Positions 1 to 9,650 of a stretch of DNA of 64,000 nucleotides are shown one piece after another (positions within the stretch are counted from its first letter, which is position 1; each line of letters opens with the position of its first letter). The translations under genes were made by a program, and so were the position numbers. Source of the stretch: Gemmatimonadaceae bacterium (lineage in GTDB: Bacteria > Gemmatimonadota > Gemmatimonadetes > Gemmatimonadales > Gemmatimonadaceae); assembly GCA_045803545.1 (NCBI GenBank), contig JBJMOW010000004.1, positions 832,001 to 896,000 on the forward strand. The letters are read 5' to 3'. The notes beneath the pieces are model-generated. The model was given only the letters and a program-made list of their open reading frames with translations. It did not search any database and was not told the origin of the DNA.

Positions 1-1111
1 CGACCGCAACTACTCTGTGAAGGCCAGGGCAAGTGCAGAGCGAGCAGTCGCGCTCGATCCGTCACAAGCGGAAAGCCAGTTCGCACTCGCCGAAGCACGT
101 CGCGATGAAGGGGACATGGACGGAGCCTACACAGCAATTAGCGCGGCAACGAGGTCCGCTCCCAGCAATACCGAGATGCTGTATTTCCTGGGCGCAATGG
201 AGGAATTCCGGGGAAATCCGGAGCGCGCCCGGGAGATAGGATTGCGTGCGGAAGTGCTAGATCCACGCTCACCCGAGCCGCCGGCTTATTTGGCCGGATT
301 GTATGATCGCCTCGGGAGATATCAGGACGCCATTCAAATGCGCGAGCGCGAGATTGCGCTCAGCCCTGACAACGGTTTGGCCTATGTGGTGCAGGCGGCT
401 TCGTACCTGATTTGGCGAGCCGACACCATGAATGCCCGTCGCGTTCTCGAGCGCGGAGGCACGAGTGCGCTGGCCTGGATGATCGGTTCCGTTCGCGCGC
501 CGGGCGCGATCGGTCTCTGGGAATTGTCGCTAACAAGGGCTGCGCGGCAAGCAAAGGACACCATCACCTACCAGGGATTCGTTCAAAACGGCATCGGTGT
601 GGCTCCCCATGTGTTTCACTTGATGAAGCTCCACCATTTCTTCTTCACGGCGCAACCTTCCCGTGCGCGTTCGGAGGCAGATTCCATCATCAGGTTATAC
701 GAGCGGTCTATTCCTCAAGCCTCCGGCTCCGGCGCACTTGGATACGCCCGGTTCCAAGACGACTTCACGCATCTCGCGTTGGCAGAGGCGTACGGTGTTG
801 TCGGGCGCGCCGCCGATGCTGCGCGAGAAAATGACCGCTACACAGCCAGCATCCGTCTGCGGCGCGACATTGCAGAATTCGGCGGAGTGGAAGAGGGGCT
901 CAACAACGCGGCGTTTGCCGACGTACTGATGGGTCGACAGAATGAGGCGATCGCCAGACTCCGCGAGCTTGCTCGACGTCCGACGCCTGGTTGGTGGATT
1001 TCTCCGGCCCTGCTTCGCGAGGATCCGGCGTGGGCACCGCTGCGGGGAAATTCGGACTTCCGGAAACTGATTGCGGAGCTCGACACAACTCGCCGCTCCG
1101 AGGTCCGCTAG
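1..1111 (+). CDS. TPR-repeat protein, 5'-truncated; probably the C-terminal part of a Ser/Thr kinase-TPR protein
   Basis: Frame is open from position 2. It has TPR-like helices (AERAVALDPSQAESQFALA; AEVLDPRS) and ends in 'LLREDPAWAPLRGNSDFRKLI', the typical tail of kinase/TolB-TPR proteins. Confidence 0.75.
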   Translation, partial: DRNYSVKARASAERAVALDPSQAESQFALAEARRDEGDMDGAYTAISAATRSAPSNTEMLYFLGAMEEFRGNPERAREIGLRAEVLDPRSPEPPAYLAGLYDRLGRYQDAIQMREREIALSPDNGLAYVVQAASYLIWRADTMNARRVLERGGTSALAWMIGSVRAPGAIGLWELSLTRAARQAKDTITYQGFVQNGIGVAPHVFHLMKLHHFFFTAQPSRARSEADSIIRLYERSIPQASGSGALGYARFQDDFTHLALAEAYGVVGRAADAARENDRYTASIRLRRDIAEFGGVEEGLNNAAFADVLMGRQNEAIARLRELARRPTPGWWISPALLREDPAWAPLRGNSDFRKLIAELDTTRRSEVR

Positions 1112-1229
1112 CGGGTATTGAATCATTTACTGCCGGGCGCGTTGCGCAACGACAGGCGGGAGGAAGACATCTCGCCCATAGACACCAGCCCGCTATAGAC
1201 CGTATTCTATTCGGACCTCGGGGGTCTGA

Positions 1230-3890
1230 GTGGACGAAGCGAGTGAACTCAACTCGGCGCTCGCCGGCCGATATCGAATCGAGCGCGAGATCGGAAGAGG
1301 CGGCATGGCCACCGTCTACGTCGCGCACGATCTTCGTCACGAGCGGGAAGTCGCTCTCAAGGTACTGGACCCGGAGCTCGCCGCAGTCGTCGGTAAAGAG
1401 CGGTTCCTCTCAGAAATCCGTGTCACTGCCAGGCTACAGCATCCGCATCTGCTGCCGCTCTTCGACAGCGGCATAGCCGAAAACCAGCTGTTCTACGTCA
1501 TGCCGTACGTGGAAGGTGAGTCGCTGCGTGCTCTGCTGAATAATCGGCGTCAGCTTCCGATCGAAGAAGCGGTACGCATTGCTATTGGAGTTGGCAGCGC
1601 ACTCGGCTACGCGCACAGACACGGCGTCGTTCACCGCGATCTCAAGCCCGAGAATATTCTGCTGCACGAAGGCGAGCCGCTGGTGGCAGACTTTGGAATT
1701 GCTCTCGCCCTCAGCGCCGCCAGCACCGCGCGAATTACGCAGACCGGAGTCTCACTCGGCACGCCACAGTATATGTCGCCCGAGCAGGCAACCGGCGATC
1801 GCGTCATCGACGGCCGCACTGACATCTACTCGCTGGGCGCGGTCCTCTACGAAATGTTGACCGGAGAGCCTCCGTATACGGGCAGCAGTGCGCAGGCGGT
1901 CATCGCCAAGGTGGTCACCGACAAGCCGAGGCCTCTGCGCGCATTTCGTGATACGATTCCGCCGCATGTGGAAGCGGCCGTCGACCGCGCGCTCGCAAAA
2001 ATCCCCGCCGACAGGTTCGACACCGCGCAGGATTTCGTCGATGCGCTGCGCGGTACACGGACTGTAGCGCTCAGTGATCCAGGGTCGAAGGGCGCGCTCA
2101 CACCTCCTGGTCTGGCGCCGCGGGGTCGGGCTTGGCGAAGCAAGCTGGTCGTTGGGGCACTCGTCGCCGTCGGTTTTGCAATCGGCGCCGCCGCGATGCG
2201 GACTTTCACGCCGACGCCTCCTGCTTCCCGACCGATTCGATTCATGATCACTCAAAACGACAGTGCGCGTTTCCGAAATCCGCCGACCCTATCGATGGCG
2301 CTTGCGCGGGACGGGTCGCGAATCGTCTACGTAGGTGGCGACGCCACGAAGGTGCAGTTGTTCGTTCACGAGCTGGACGAGCTCGATGCGAAGCCCATTC
2401 GGGGACTCGATGAGAGTGAGTTGCCGGAAATCCCGGTACTCTCGCCCGACGGCCGCAACGTGTTGTACCGTGCTGGCGGCGGTTATTTGAAGCGCGTTCC
2501 AGTCGATGGAGGAGCGCCGGTCGTTCTCGCCGATAGCGGGACGAGCTACAGCTGGGGCGACAACGGCGTAATTCTTCTTTACGTTCCGCCGGCGAGGCTG
2601 TTTCAAACAAGCGATGGCGCGGCCACTCCACGGCTCGTCGCCACAGCACCACGCAAGCTCGGGTTCATCACTTTCGGCTTTCCGTATCTGCTTCCCGGGA
2701 GCAACGCCGCGCTGCTGACGATGTACAAAGGCGAAGTTGCGGCGACGACGGCCTACCTCGGCGCAGTGCGCTTGAGTGACGGCCAGGTCATCGACCTGCA
2801 GATGTCCGGCTCGAACCCACGCTACGCAGCAGGCTACGTTTTCTTCGCGCGCCCCAATGGAAGTATCTTTGCCGCCCCGTTTGATGCTGACAAGCTCCGC
2901 ATTACGGGTGCGGCCGCGCCGGTGCTGGACAACGTAATAGTGAAAGGCACTGGCTCCGCCGAGTTCGGCGTCTCCGACAATGGTACGCTGGTGTATCGAA
3001 GCGGCGTGACGGAGAAGAAACTGATGCTGGTAGATCTGCATGGAAAAGAAACGCAGCTGCTGCCCCAGCTTCGCGACTATGGAACTCCGCGCTTCTCACC
3101 AGATGGAAAGCGTCTCGCGGTTGCAATTCTAGGTACAGAGCGCACCGCACGAACCTGGATCTACGACAAGCAGTCCGGAGCGCTCACCCGGTTAACCGAC
3201 AACGGCGGAGACCGGCCTGAGTGGAGTCCCGATGGACTGAATATCCTGAGCAATCAGCGCGAGGCAGGCACCCCGCGATTCGTCAAACAGCGCTGGGATG
3301 GCAGCGACGCTCCGCAGGATTTTCTGAAAGTGCCGGAGAGGGAAGTCCTCGAGCTCTCCGTGCCAAGCAGCGGAAAGGGATATCTCGCCGCCCGGGTTGG
3401 CGCCCCGTCGCGTGACATCTGGATTGCGCCAGTCGACTCTCCGCAGGCCGTTCGTCCCTTCCTCGCAACACGCGCGGAGGAGATGATGCCAAGCGTATCA
3501 CCGGACGGAAAATGGCTTGCATACGTGTCGAATGAATCGGGACGCTCCGAAGTCTACGTGAGGCCGATGCCGGGTCCTGGGCGGCAGCTCCAGATCTCAA
3601 CCGATGGCGGCATGGAACCGCTCTGGTCGCCGAAGCGGCGCGAGCTGTTTTACAGAGGCAGCGGCAAGATCATCCTCGCGCGTATCACGAACCTCGAGAC
3701 GTCACCGTCGGTGACGCGTGAGGACCTGTTCGACGACGTGTACGTCAGTGTTCCCGTGCATTCGATGTACGGAGTGAGCCCGGACGGAACCACACTCGTA
3801 TTCTCCAAGCCAGCCGGCGGTGAGACCAAGACGGTCGTGGTGTTGAACTGGCTCGACGAAGTACGCCGGAAATTAGCCGCCGCTCGCTAA
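1230..3890 (+). CDS. Hanks-type Ser/Thr protein kinase with TM helix and TolB/PD40 beta-propeller
   Basis: GRGGMATV, VALK, HRDLKPEN, DFG and YMSPE motifs; a hydrophobic segment; repeated SPDG propeller motifs. Confidence 0.95.
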   Translation: MDEASELNSALAGRYRIEREIGRGGMATVYVAHDLRHEREVALKVLDPELAAVVGKERFLSEIRVTARLQHPHLLPLFDSGIAENQLFYVMPYVEGESLRALLNNRRQLPIEEAVRIAIGVGSALGYAHRHGVVHRDLKPENILLHEGEPLVADFGIALALSAASTARITQTGVSLGTPQYMSPEQATGDRVIDGRTDIYSLGAVLYEMLTGEPPYTGSSAQAVIAKVVTDKPRPLRAFRDTIPPHVEAAVDRALAKIPADRFDTAQDFVDALRGTRTVALSDPGSKGALTPPGLAPRGRAWRSKLVVGALVAVGFAIGAAAMRTFTPTPPASRPIRFMITQNDSARFRNPPTLSMALARDGSRIVYVGGDATKVQLFVHELDELDAKPIRGLDESELPEIPVLSPDGRNVLYRAGGGYLKRVPVDGGAPVVLADSGTSYSWGDNGVILLYVPPARLFQTSDGAATPRLVATAPRKLGFITFGFPYLLPGSNAALLTMYKGEVAATTAYLGAVRLSDGQVIDLQMSGSNPRYAAGYVFFARPNGSIFAAPFDADKLRITGAAAPVLDNVIVKGTGSAEFGVSDNGTLVYRSGVTEKKLMLVDLHGKETQLLPQLRDYGTPRFSPDGKRLAVAILGTERTARTWIYDKQSGALTRLTDNGGDRPEWSPDGLNILSNQREAGTPRFVKQRWDGSDAPQDFLKVPEREVLELSVPSSGKGYLAARVGAPSRDIWIAPVDSPQAVRPFLATRAEEMMPSVSPDGKWLAYVSNESGRSEVYVRPMPGPGRQLQISTDGGMEPLWSPKRRELFYRGSGKIILARITNLETSPSVTREDLFDDVYVSVPVHSMYGVSPDGTTLVFSKPAGGETKTVVVLNWLDEVRRKLAAAR

Positions 3891-3927
3891 GGCTACTGTA
3901 CTTCTCGGCAACGCGATCTAGCAGCTC

Positions 3928-4359
3928 TCACGGACGTACTGTGATGCGACCGACCATGCCGACCGCCAGATGTGGTGCACAGTAGTACCGATACGTGCCC
4001 GGTCGGAGTCCGGCGAGTGACACCGTGTACGTCTCGTTCGGCCCGCTGAGCATAACACCCTCCAACGCGTCCATCGTTTGCTGCATGTTCTTCTGCAAAC
4101 TCGCAGCGGCGCCGGCGGGGATGCTGTCAGCCCAGAAGCTGACATTGTGTGGTCCGCCGCTGACGTTGACGAAGCGCACAACGTCGCCGATGTGCGCTGA
4201 GATGTTCGCTGGACTGAAGCGATAGCCATCAGCACCGCCTGTCATTCGTACTACGATCGTCACGCCCGCGTGCGAACTTGTGCTGTGGACAAATGAACCG
4301 GTCGCGAACGTCAGAACCGAAATCAACGCGACAGCGGTAGTGACTCGCGTGAGACTCAT
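3928..4359 (-). CDS. Plastocyanin/azurin-family blue copper protein, exported
   Basis: Signal peptide; type-1 Cu ligands PHNV and YYCAPH...GM. Confidence 0.92.
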   Translation of the reverse strand: MSLTRVTTAVALISVLTFATGSFVHSTSSHAGVTIVVRMTGGADGYRFSPANISAHIGDVVRFVNVSGGPHNVSFWADSIPAGAAASLQKNMQQTMDALEGVMLSGPNETYTVSLAGLRPGTYRYYCAPHLAVGMVGRITVRP

Positions 4360-4489
4360 TGTTCAGCGGGCGCGTCCGCCGCGACTTTTTTCTGGCGGTG
4401 CGGTGCCTCGCTCGCTCGAGCAAACGCCGCAGCTCTTGGTTGGGAAGGTTTCGACGGCATGGTTACTCTCGATTGGCTGGGAAGATAGG

Positions 4490-4505
4490 TGCAAAACTGT
4501 TACCA
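4490..4505 (-). promoter_or_regulatory. Candidate sigma-54 (-24/-12) promoter of the plastocyanin gene
   Basis: Minus strand reads TGGTAACAGTTTTGCA, i.e. GG-N10-GC with TTGCA, about 130 bp upstream of the ATG. Confidence 0.45.
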
Positions 4506-4560
4506 TCGTGTGTGCCCTTACCATCGGCAGCGGAAGAAGGGATAGCGGCTATTGGCGAGA

Positions 4561-5430
4561 TCAATGCTTATCCGAGGCTCGATCGAGAAATGCTAAAATG
4601 ATCGGGTTCAGCCACTCCGGATGCTCACCGAGTGTGTTATGCCCCGTTCCCGGTACGATCAGCAACTCCGCTCTCGGCAGATTCCGATAAAGCGAGATCG
4701 TGTGCTCGAGCCGGGCGGACCCATGATCACCATCGATCACCAATGTCGGCACACCGACTCGCGCCAAGACTGCGGGCCCGAGCTCCGTCAGAGTTGGGTG
4801 GTGCAGCCAAAGATTCTTGATCTTCGCCGCGAATATTGGATAGTGATTAATTGAGTCGGCGAATCGCCGCGAATAATTGGCAATGCTTTGAGTATCTGCC
4901 TCTGATCGGCTGGCCTCAACTTCAGCCGCAATGCTCGGTCCAAAGGCTTCGGCGAGTGGAAGTGTGCTCGCACCCGTGACGACCAGACGCCGAACGAGTT
5001 CCGGATGTCGTGCCGCGAGCAGGAGCCCAACGATTCCGCCGTCGCTCCAGCCAAGAACATCCACATTCTTTAGTCGCAACTGCTGCAGAAGCTGCGCGGT
5101 GTTATCAGCCATCGCGACATAATCGAGGGGCGCATCTATATCACGCGTCCGTCCATGTCCCTGCTGCTCGGGTGCGATCAGCACGCGGTGGGCGGAGAAA
5201 TACGCCAGCTGCTTCGGAAACGATTGCTCGATCGTGCTACTACCACCGTGGAGCAAAAGCATTGGCTGGCCTGAGCCGTATACCTGGTAGTACATGCTCA
5301 GTCTGCCAATCTGGGCGTAGTGACTGTCGTGAGGAACGGGTAACGCGGAATCCGCCACCTGTGCACTGGCGGGCATGGGCAAATGGAGAAGGACCACACA
5401 TATCCAGCGTATCGAGACGAGATTTCTCAC
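4561..5430 (-). CDS. Exported alpha/beta hydrolase
   Basis: LLHGG oxyanion loop, GWSDGG nucleophile, GTGH His. The GTG start at 5430 follows an AGGAGGAG RBS and precedes a signal peptide. Confidence 0.9.
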   Translation of the reverse strand: MRNLVSIRWICVVLLHLPMPASAQVADSALPVPHDSHYAQIGRLSMYYQVYGSGQPMLLLHGGSSTIEQSFPKQLAYFSAHRVLIAPEQQGHGRTRDIDAPLDYVAMADNTAQLLQQLRLKNVDVLGWSDGGIVGLLLAARHPELVRRLVVTGASTLPLAEAFGPSIAAEVEASRSEADTQSIANYSRRFADSINHYPIFAAKIKNLWLHHPTLTELGPAVLARVGVPTLVIDGDHGSARLEHTISLYRNLPRAELLIVPGTGHNTLGEHPEWLNPIILAFLDRASDKH

Positions 5431-5456
5431 CGCTCCTCCTCGTGAGTGTTTCAGAA

Positions 5457-5477
5457 TCTTGACAGCTGGTGTCAAGA
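5457..5477. promoter_or_regulatory. Perfect inverted repeat TCTTGACA-N5-TGTCAAGA between divergent genes (operator and/or back-to-back -35 boxes)
   Basis: Read directly; contains TTGACA on both strands. Confidence 0.55.
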
Positions 5478-5598
5478 AGGACTTTTCGGTTGAGATTCTC
5501 CGAGAGGACCACCGCTGCCCTTTAATCTCAACCATTCATGGCACGTCTGTGTCCAACGCTGAAAGATCAGACACTACTTTATTCAGCGACTACGGCCA

Positions 5599-6684
5599 AT
5601 GAAATGCCTCGTACTTATAGCGGCACTCTCGATCGCATTACCGCTCGGCGCTCAGGACCTATCAGCTGACGCCATAGTGGCTCGACATCTCGAGGCCCGT
5701 GGCGGTGAAGAGCGTCTGCGCGCCCTGGAAAGCGTCGTCTATCGCAATGGCGTCTATCGCGAAGGAAGTTACGTCGGCTCGGGAAACGCGTTCATGGCAA
5801 TGGCGCGTCCATACTACAAGATCGTAAGTGACCCCACTGATACCAGCGCCGACTTTCGCGAGGGATATGACGGCAGTGCGTGGGAGTGGTATCGCTCGCC
5901 TGGCATCGTCCTGCGCACCGTTGGCGCCGCCAACGCCGCGATTCGTCACAATCTCGATCCGGAGGGGCCATTCTCCGACTTTCGCGCCAAGGGAACGACG
6001 ATCGAGCGCGTTACTGACGCCAATGTCGGTGGACGACCAGCATATGCAATTCTGCTGACGCTGCGCGATGGCGCGCGCGCGACATACCTGTTCGACAAAG
6101 AGACCTTTCTGATCAGCGCGGTTCGTAAGGCAGCACCCATTCACGCGTTCGGTGAGCCGGTGACGACTGAGGAGCGCGTCAGCGATTACAGATCTATAGA
6201 TGGTGTGATGTTTTCATTCCGCTCGACGGAAGTCGAGATCGCGACAGGCAAAGAGCTCAACTCGATGACCTGGGGCGCGATCGAGATCAACCGCAAACTG
6301 CCTCGCGAATGGTTCTCTCCGCCGTCGTTCGCACGCACGCCACTCCAGGAATTTCTCGAGCAGCTGTATTACGAGCGCACCGACACCAGCGCGGTGCGTT
6401 GGTCTTATCTCGCCTTCCGTCGAGCGCATCCGGACGTCGACACCCGCACAGGCATCGAGGTGATCGGATATCAAATGCTGAAAATGAACGACGCCACCGG
6501 CGCGATCGCGCTGCTGACAATGAACGCGAGTGATTATCCGCGTTCGTCGAGCTCGGCGTTTGGCCTCGGTCGCGCGCTGCGTGCGGCCGGCGAAACAGTG
6601 CGAGCGCGTCAGGAATTCACACGCGCGCTGGAGTTGGACCCGCAGAACAAAGCCGCCGCTGACGCGCTTGCCGCGATTCGCTAA
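5599..6684 (+). CDS. Exported protein with LolA-like/lipoprotein-sorting-type N-domain and C-terminal TPR module
   Basis: Signal peptide; 'ADAIVARHLEARGG..L' N-terminus; 'SDYRSIDGVMFSF'; TPR tail ALELDPQN. Confidence 0.7.
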   Translation: MKCLVLIAALSIALPLGAQDLSADAIVARHLEARGGEERLRALESVVYRNGVYREGSYVGSGNAFMAMARPYYKIVSDPTDTSADFREGYDGSAWEWYRSPGIVLRTVGAANAAIRHNLDPEGPFSDFRAKGTTIERVTDANVGGRPAYAILLTLRDGARATYLFDKETFLISAVRKAAPIHAFGEPVTTEERVSDYRSIDGVMFSFRSTEVEIATGKELNSMTWGAIEINRKLPREWFSPPSFARTPLQEFLEQLYYERTDTSAVRWSYLAFRRAHPDVDTRTGIEVIGYQMLKMNDATGAIALLTMNASDYPRSSSSAFGLGRALRAAGETVRARQEFTRALELDPQNKAAADALAAIR

Positions 6685-6721
6685 CACCTTACGAGATCCT
6701 TTTCGTAATCCAACAATTGGG

Positions 6722-8189
6722 TCATAGCTGGGCCAAAAGCGACCAACCACTGGGCAGCGTTCGTGCACCCGTCGGCAAGGCGATTCGCCGAGGTGGGGAA
6801 GCGATAGTGGTAAGGATGGTCGAAAAGCGCAGCGTGTCGCCCGGTATGTAGGACAGACCGCTGGGATCCTCAGACCCACTTTCCGGCATCAATGGGCCCC
6901 CAGACTCGGTCCCATCTACTAGGGCCTTTGTCGCGGCGATCGGTGAACGTCGGCCGACTCGCAGCGAATCGGCGTAGATCAATTCGTTCCACCGAACCAA
7001 CCCATACCATTCCGTCGTCGCGTAAACTGCGGAAAAAATTGCAATCAGCCGTGGAGGCGCGTCCGCGGTTGGCGCGAAATCCAGCGACCCCAACTGACTG
7101 ACCAGCGATTCGTCATCCGGCGCCAGACGCTGAATTCCGTCGACGGCGCGCGTTGATGGATTGACGCTGGCGAGAAGTACTTCGGAGTTCGCGCGGCACT
7201 GGCCGCCGGTGTCGAAATCCTTGGCGTGAGCACTCGCTGCCACCACCCTCCGCGGAAACGTCACGGCGAAAGCGAACAGCGTCCCGTCATCGCCTTCAGC
7301 ATTCGGGTAAAGCGAGACCTCCTCCAGTTGACCCGCGGCGTCTGACAAATACATGGCGTGCTCCCCGATCACCAACCGCCGTCCGGGATAAGCGAGCGCG
7401 ATTGTCTGCTCGGCCACCGGCCGCAGTGTCTCGCTCAGGCTCGTGTCAGCGCCGTTGTCCCGCATCGGCTCGGCGGTGAAAGCGGGACTGCACCTGAGGC
7501 AGGGACCCGACGCCGTGCGCGAATTTCTCCGCATCCCTGATTGCCGCTGTGTTGGTCATGCTGCTGGCTTCTACGGCCGCGTCAACCGCGATTTTCGCGA
7601 CTCTCGCCAGGGACTTCCCGTGAAGGATGTTTGCTGATGCGAGGGCAAAAACTGTGGTCGGACTGGACTCTGCGATACGGCGCACGCGACGTTCGTCAAC
7701 GAGAAGCATCTCGGTAGGGACGTTAGTAGTCCTGTGCCACAGGATCTCCGCAGACCATAGGCTGTCGAGCGTCTGCCAGCGCTCGTGGTTGTAATCCGAA
7801 TGGGAGTCCGACGGCTCGACGTCGCCTTCGCGAATGCGCGACCATCGCGAGATCGTCGCGCTTCCGACCTGACTCCACTTCACCGATTCCTCCGAGGCGA
7901 GCAGCTGTACCACCGCCGCGCGTCCAGAACGATCGACTACGATTTTGAGTTGGCCAACGGGAGCGTCGGTAGTCAACGAGCAAATCCTGACACCATTACC
8001 GGCGGGCGTGCACGTGAAACCGTGCTTCATCTCCTGCCGCGCTTCATCGTCGATGGCGCTGAAACGCATCCCGGCACGGGCGGTCCCCATGATGAACGGG
8101 GATAGCAGGGATCGTTGATACCGGCGGTACCCATATGTGGTGAGGCTGGCGACGATGATGAGCGCCAGGATGATGCGGCCTTTGGACAT
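6722..8189 (-). pseudogene. Membrane-anchored hypothetical protein, apparently split by a +1 frameshift near 7500 (or two overlapping ORFs, 7446-8189 and 6722-7465)
   Basis: ORF from ATG 8189 (MSKGRIILALIIVAS, TM anchor) degrades after ...VGSLP. The adjacent frame continues ...RCSPAFTAEP to the stop at 6722. Confidence 0.45.
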
Positions 8190-8230
8190 TATCGGACGGC
8201 GAAGCGGCGGAAAGAAATTAGAGCGGATAC

Positions 8231-8341
8231 CTATCGACGCGCCTCTGTCGCGACTGGCAACCGATCTTCGGCCGCCGCAACGCCAGCTATCGCGATGACG
8301 CCGATGCAAGCGGTCATCGATATGAGCAATTTCATGGTCAT
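8231..8341 (-). CDS. Small 36-aa ORF, mostly a signal peptide (MTMKLLISMTACIGVIAIAGVAAA-EDRLPVATEARR)
   Basis: Translated by hand; GGGAG RBS upstream; n/h/c signal-peptide layout with an AAA cleavage site. Confidence 0.4.
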   Translation of the reverse strand: MTMKLLISMTACIGVIAIAGVAAAEDRLPVATEARR

Positions 8342-8435
8342 CGAAATCTCCCTGTGACTATTGTGTAAAATCTTCCGCAATCGGAAACGCCGACAATCTG
8401 TTTCTGTCTAATTCTGCATCAAGGAAACTCACGTG

Positions 8436-9650
8436 ATGAGACAAATCGTCAGCACTTGGTCTCTGTTTATGGTCGCGCTGGCGGCAATCGCCTGCCGCCC
8501 CTCCGGGCCGGAGCAAAAATACGGCTTCATCGCGCGCCTTGGTGACGACACCGTCTCCGTCGAGAGCATAACTCGCCGGGGAAATAAGGTCGTCGTCGAC
8601 GGCGTCGACCGCTTCCCGCGCGTGCGCCGCCGGCACACCGAGATCGAGCTAGGCCCGGGCAGCACCATCCGTCACCTCGTAATGGACATCCATACGCCGA
8701 GCGAGCCGGCGAATCAGCGCGAGCGACATGTGACTGCGGACGTGACTGCCGACTCCGTGCACATCCTTCAAACTGACGACTCGGCCAAATTGCGGCACGA
8801 GTTCGCGACGAGCGGGGCTGTCGCGATGGCACACGTGCCGCAGATGTACAGCCTCTACGAGCTCTACTTCGATGCAGCGTTCGCGCGCGCCGATTCGCTG
8901 AAGCGAGGTGCCGGCGACACCATACAGTTACGGCAGTTCTACATCGATCGTGAATTCGATCGGTTCCCGCTGCACCACGGAACGGTGCGGCTGTTGGCGG
9001 ATCACAAGGCGGAGATTCAACACGACTGGCTCTCCGGTACTGGTCAGGCAACCTTCGATTCGGCGGGCCACATGCTCGCCTATTCCGGTGCCCGCAGCAC
9101 GTATCTGGTCGATGTCGCGCGGCTGGATTCACAGCCGGACATCAAGAGCATCGCCGACCGGTGGGAAGCGACTGAATTAGCTGCGGGCGGAGCCAGGCAG
9201 CTCAGTCCGCGCGATACTGTGCGCTCTACTATAGGTAGCGACTCGATCATGATCGACTACAGCCGGCCACTGGCGCGCGGGCGCACTCTGGTCGGCGGCA
9301 TCATACCATATGATCGGGTGTGGCGAACCGGTGCGAATGCGGCGACACAATTCTTCACGTCTGCGCCGATCAGACTCGCGGGCATCCGATTAGCCGCAGG
9401 CGCATACACTCTGTGGACAGTTCCACACCAGAACGGCGTCGACCTCGTCGTCAACGGACAGTCAGGGCAGTGGGGCACCCAGTACAACCACGCCCGCGAT
9501 GTCGGAGTAGCGCGCATCCAGTCGACGACGCCTTCAACCCCGGTCGATCAATTCACGATCTCAGTCGTAGCGAACGACCAGCGACACGGCACGCTCACGA
9601 TGGAGTGGGGGACATTCCGCTGGACGGCGCCGATCGAGGTGGTGCAATGA
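8436..9650 (+). CDS. Lipoprotein with C-terminal DUF2911 domain
   Basis: Lipobox-like LAAIAC; DUF2911 signature 'SPR...IDYSRP..RGR....IPYDRVWRTGANAAT'. Confidence 0.85.
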   Translation: MRQIVSTWSLFMVALAAIACRPSGPEQKYGFIARLGDDTVSVESITRRGNKVVVDGVDRFPRVRRRHTEIELGPGSTIRHLVMDIHTPSEPANQRERHVTADVTADSVHILQTDDSAKLRHEFATSGAVAMAHVPQMYSLYELYFDAAFARADSLKRGAGDTIQLRQFYIDREFDRFPLHHGTVRLLADHKAEIQHDWLSGTGQATFDSAGHMLAYSGARSTYLVDVARLDSQPDIKSIADRWEATELAAGGARQLSPRDTVRSTIGSDSIMIDYSRPLARGRTLVGGIIPYDRVWRTGANAATQFFTSAPIRLAGIRLAAGAYTLWTVPHQNGVDLVVNGQSGQWGTQYNHARDVGVARIQSTTPSTPVDQFTISVVANDQRHGTLTMEWGTFRWTAPIEVVQ

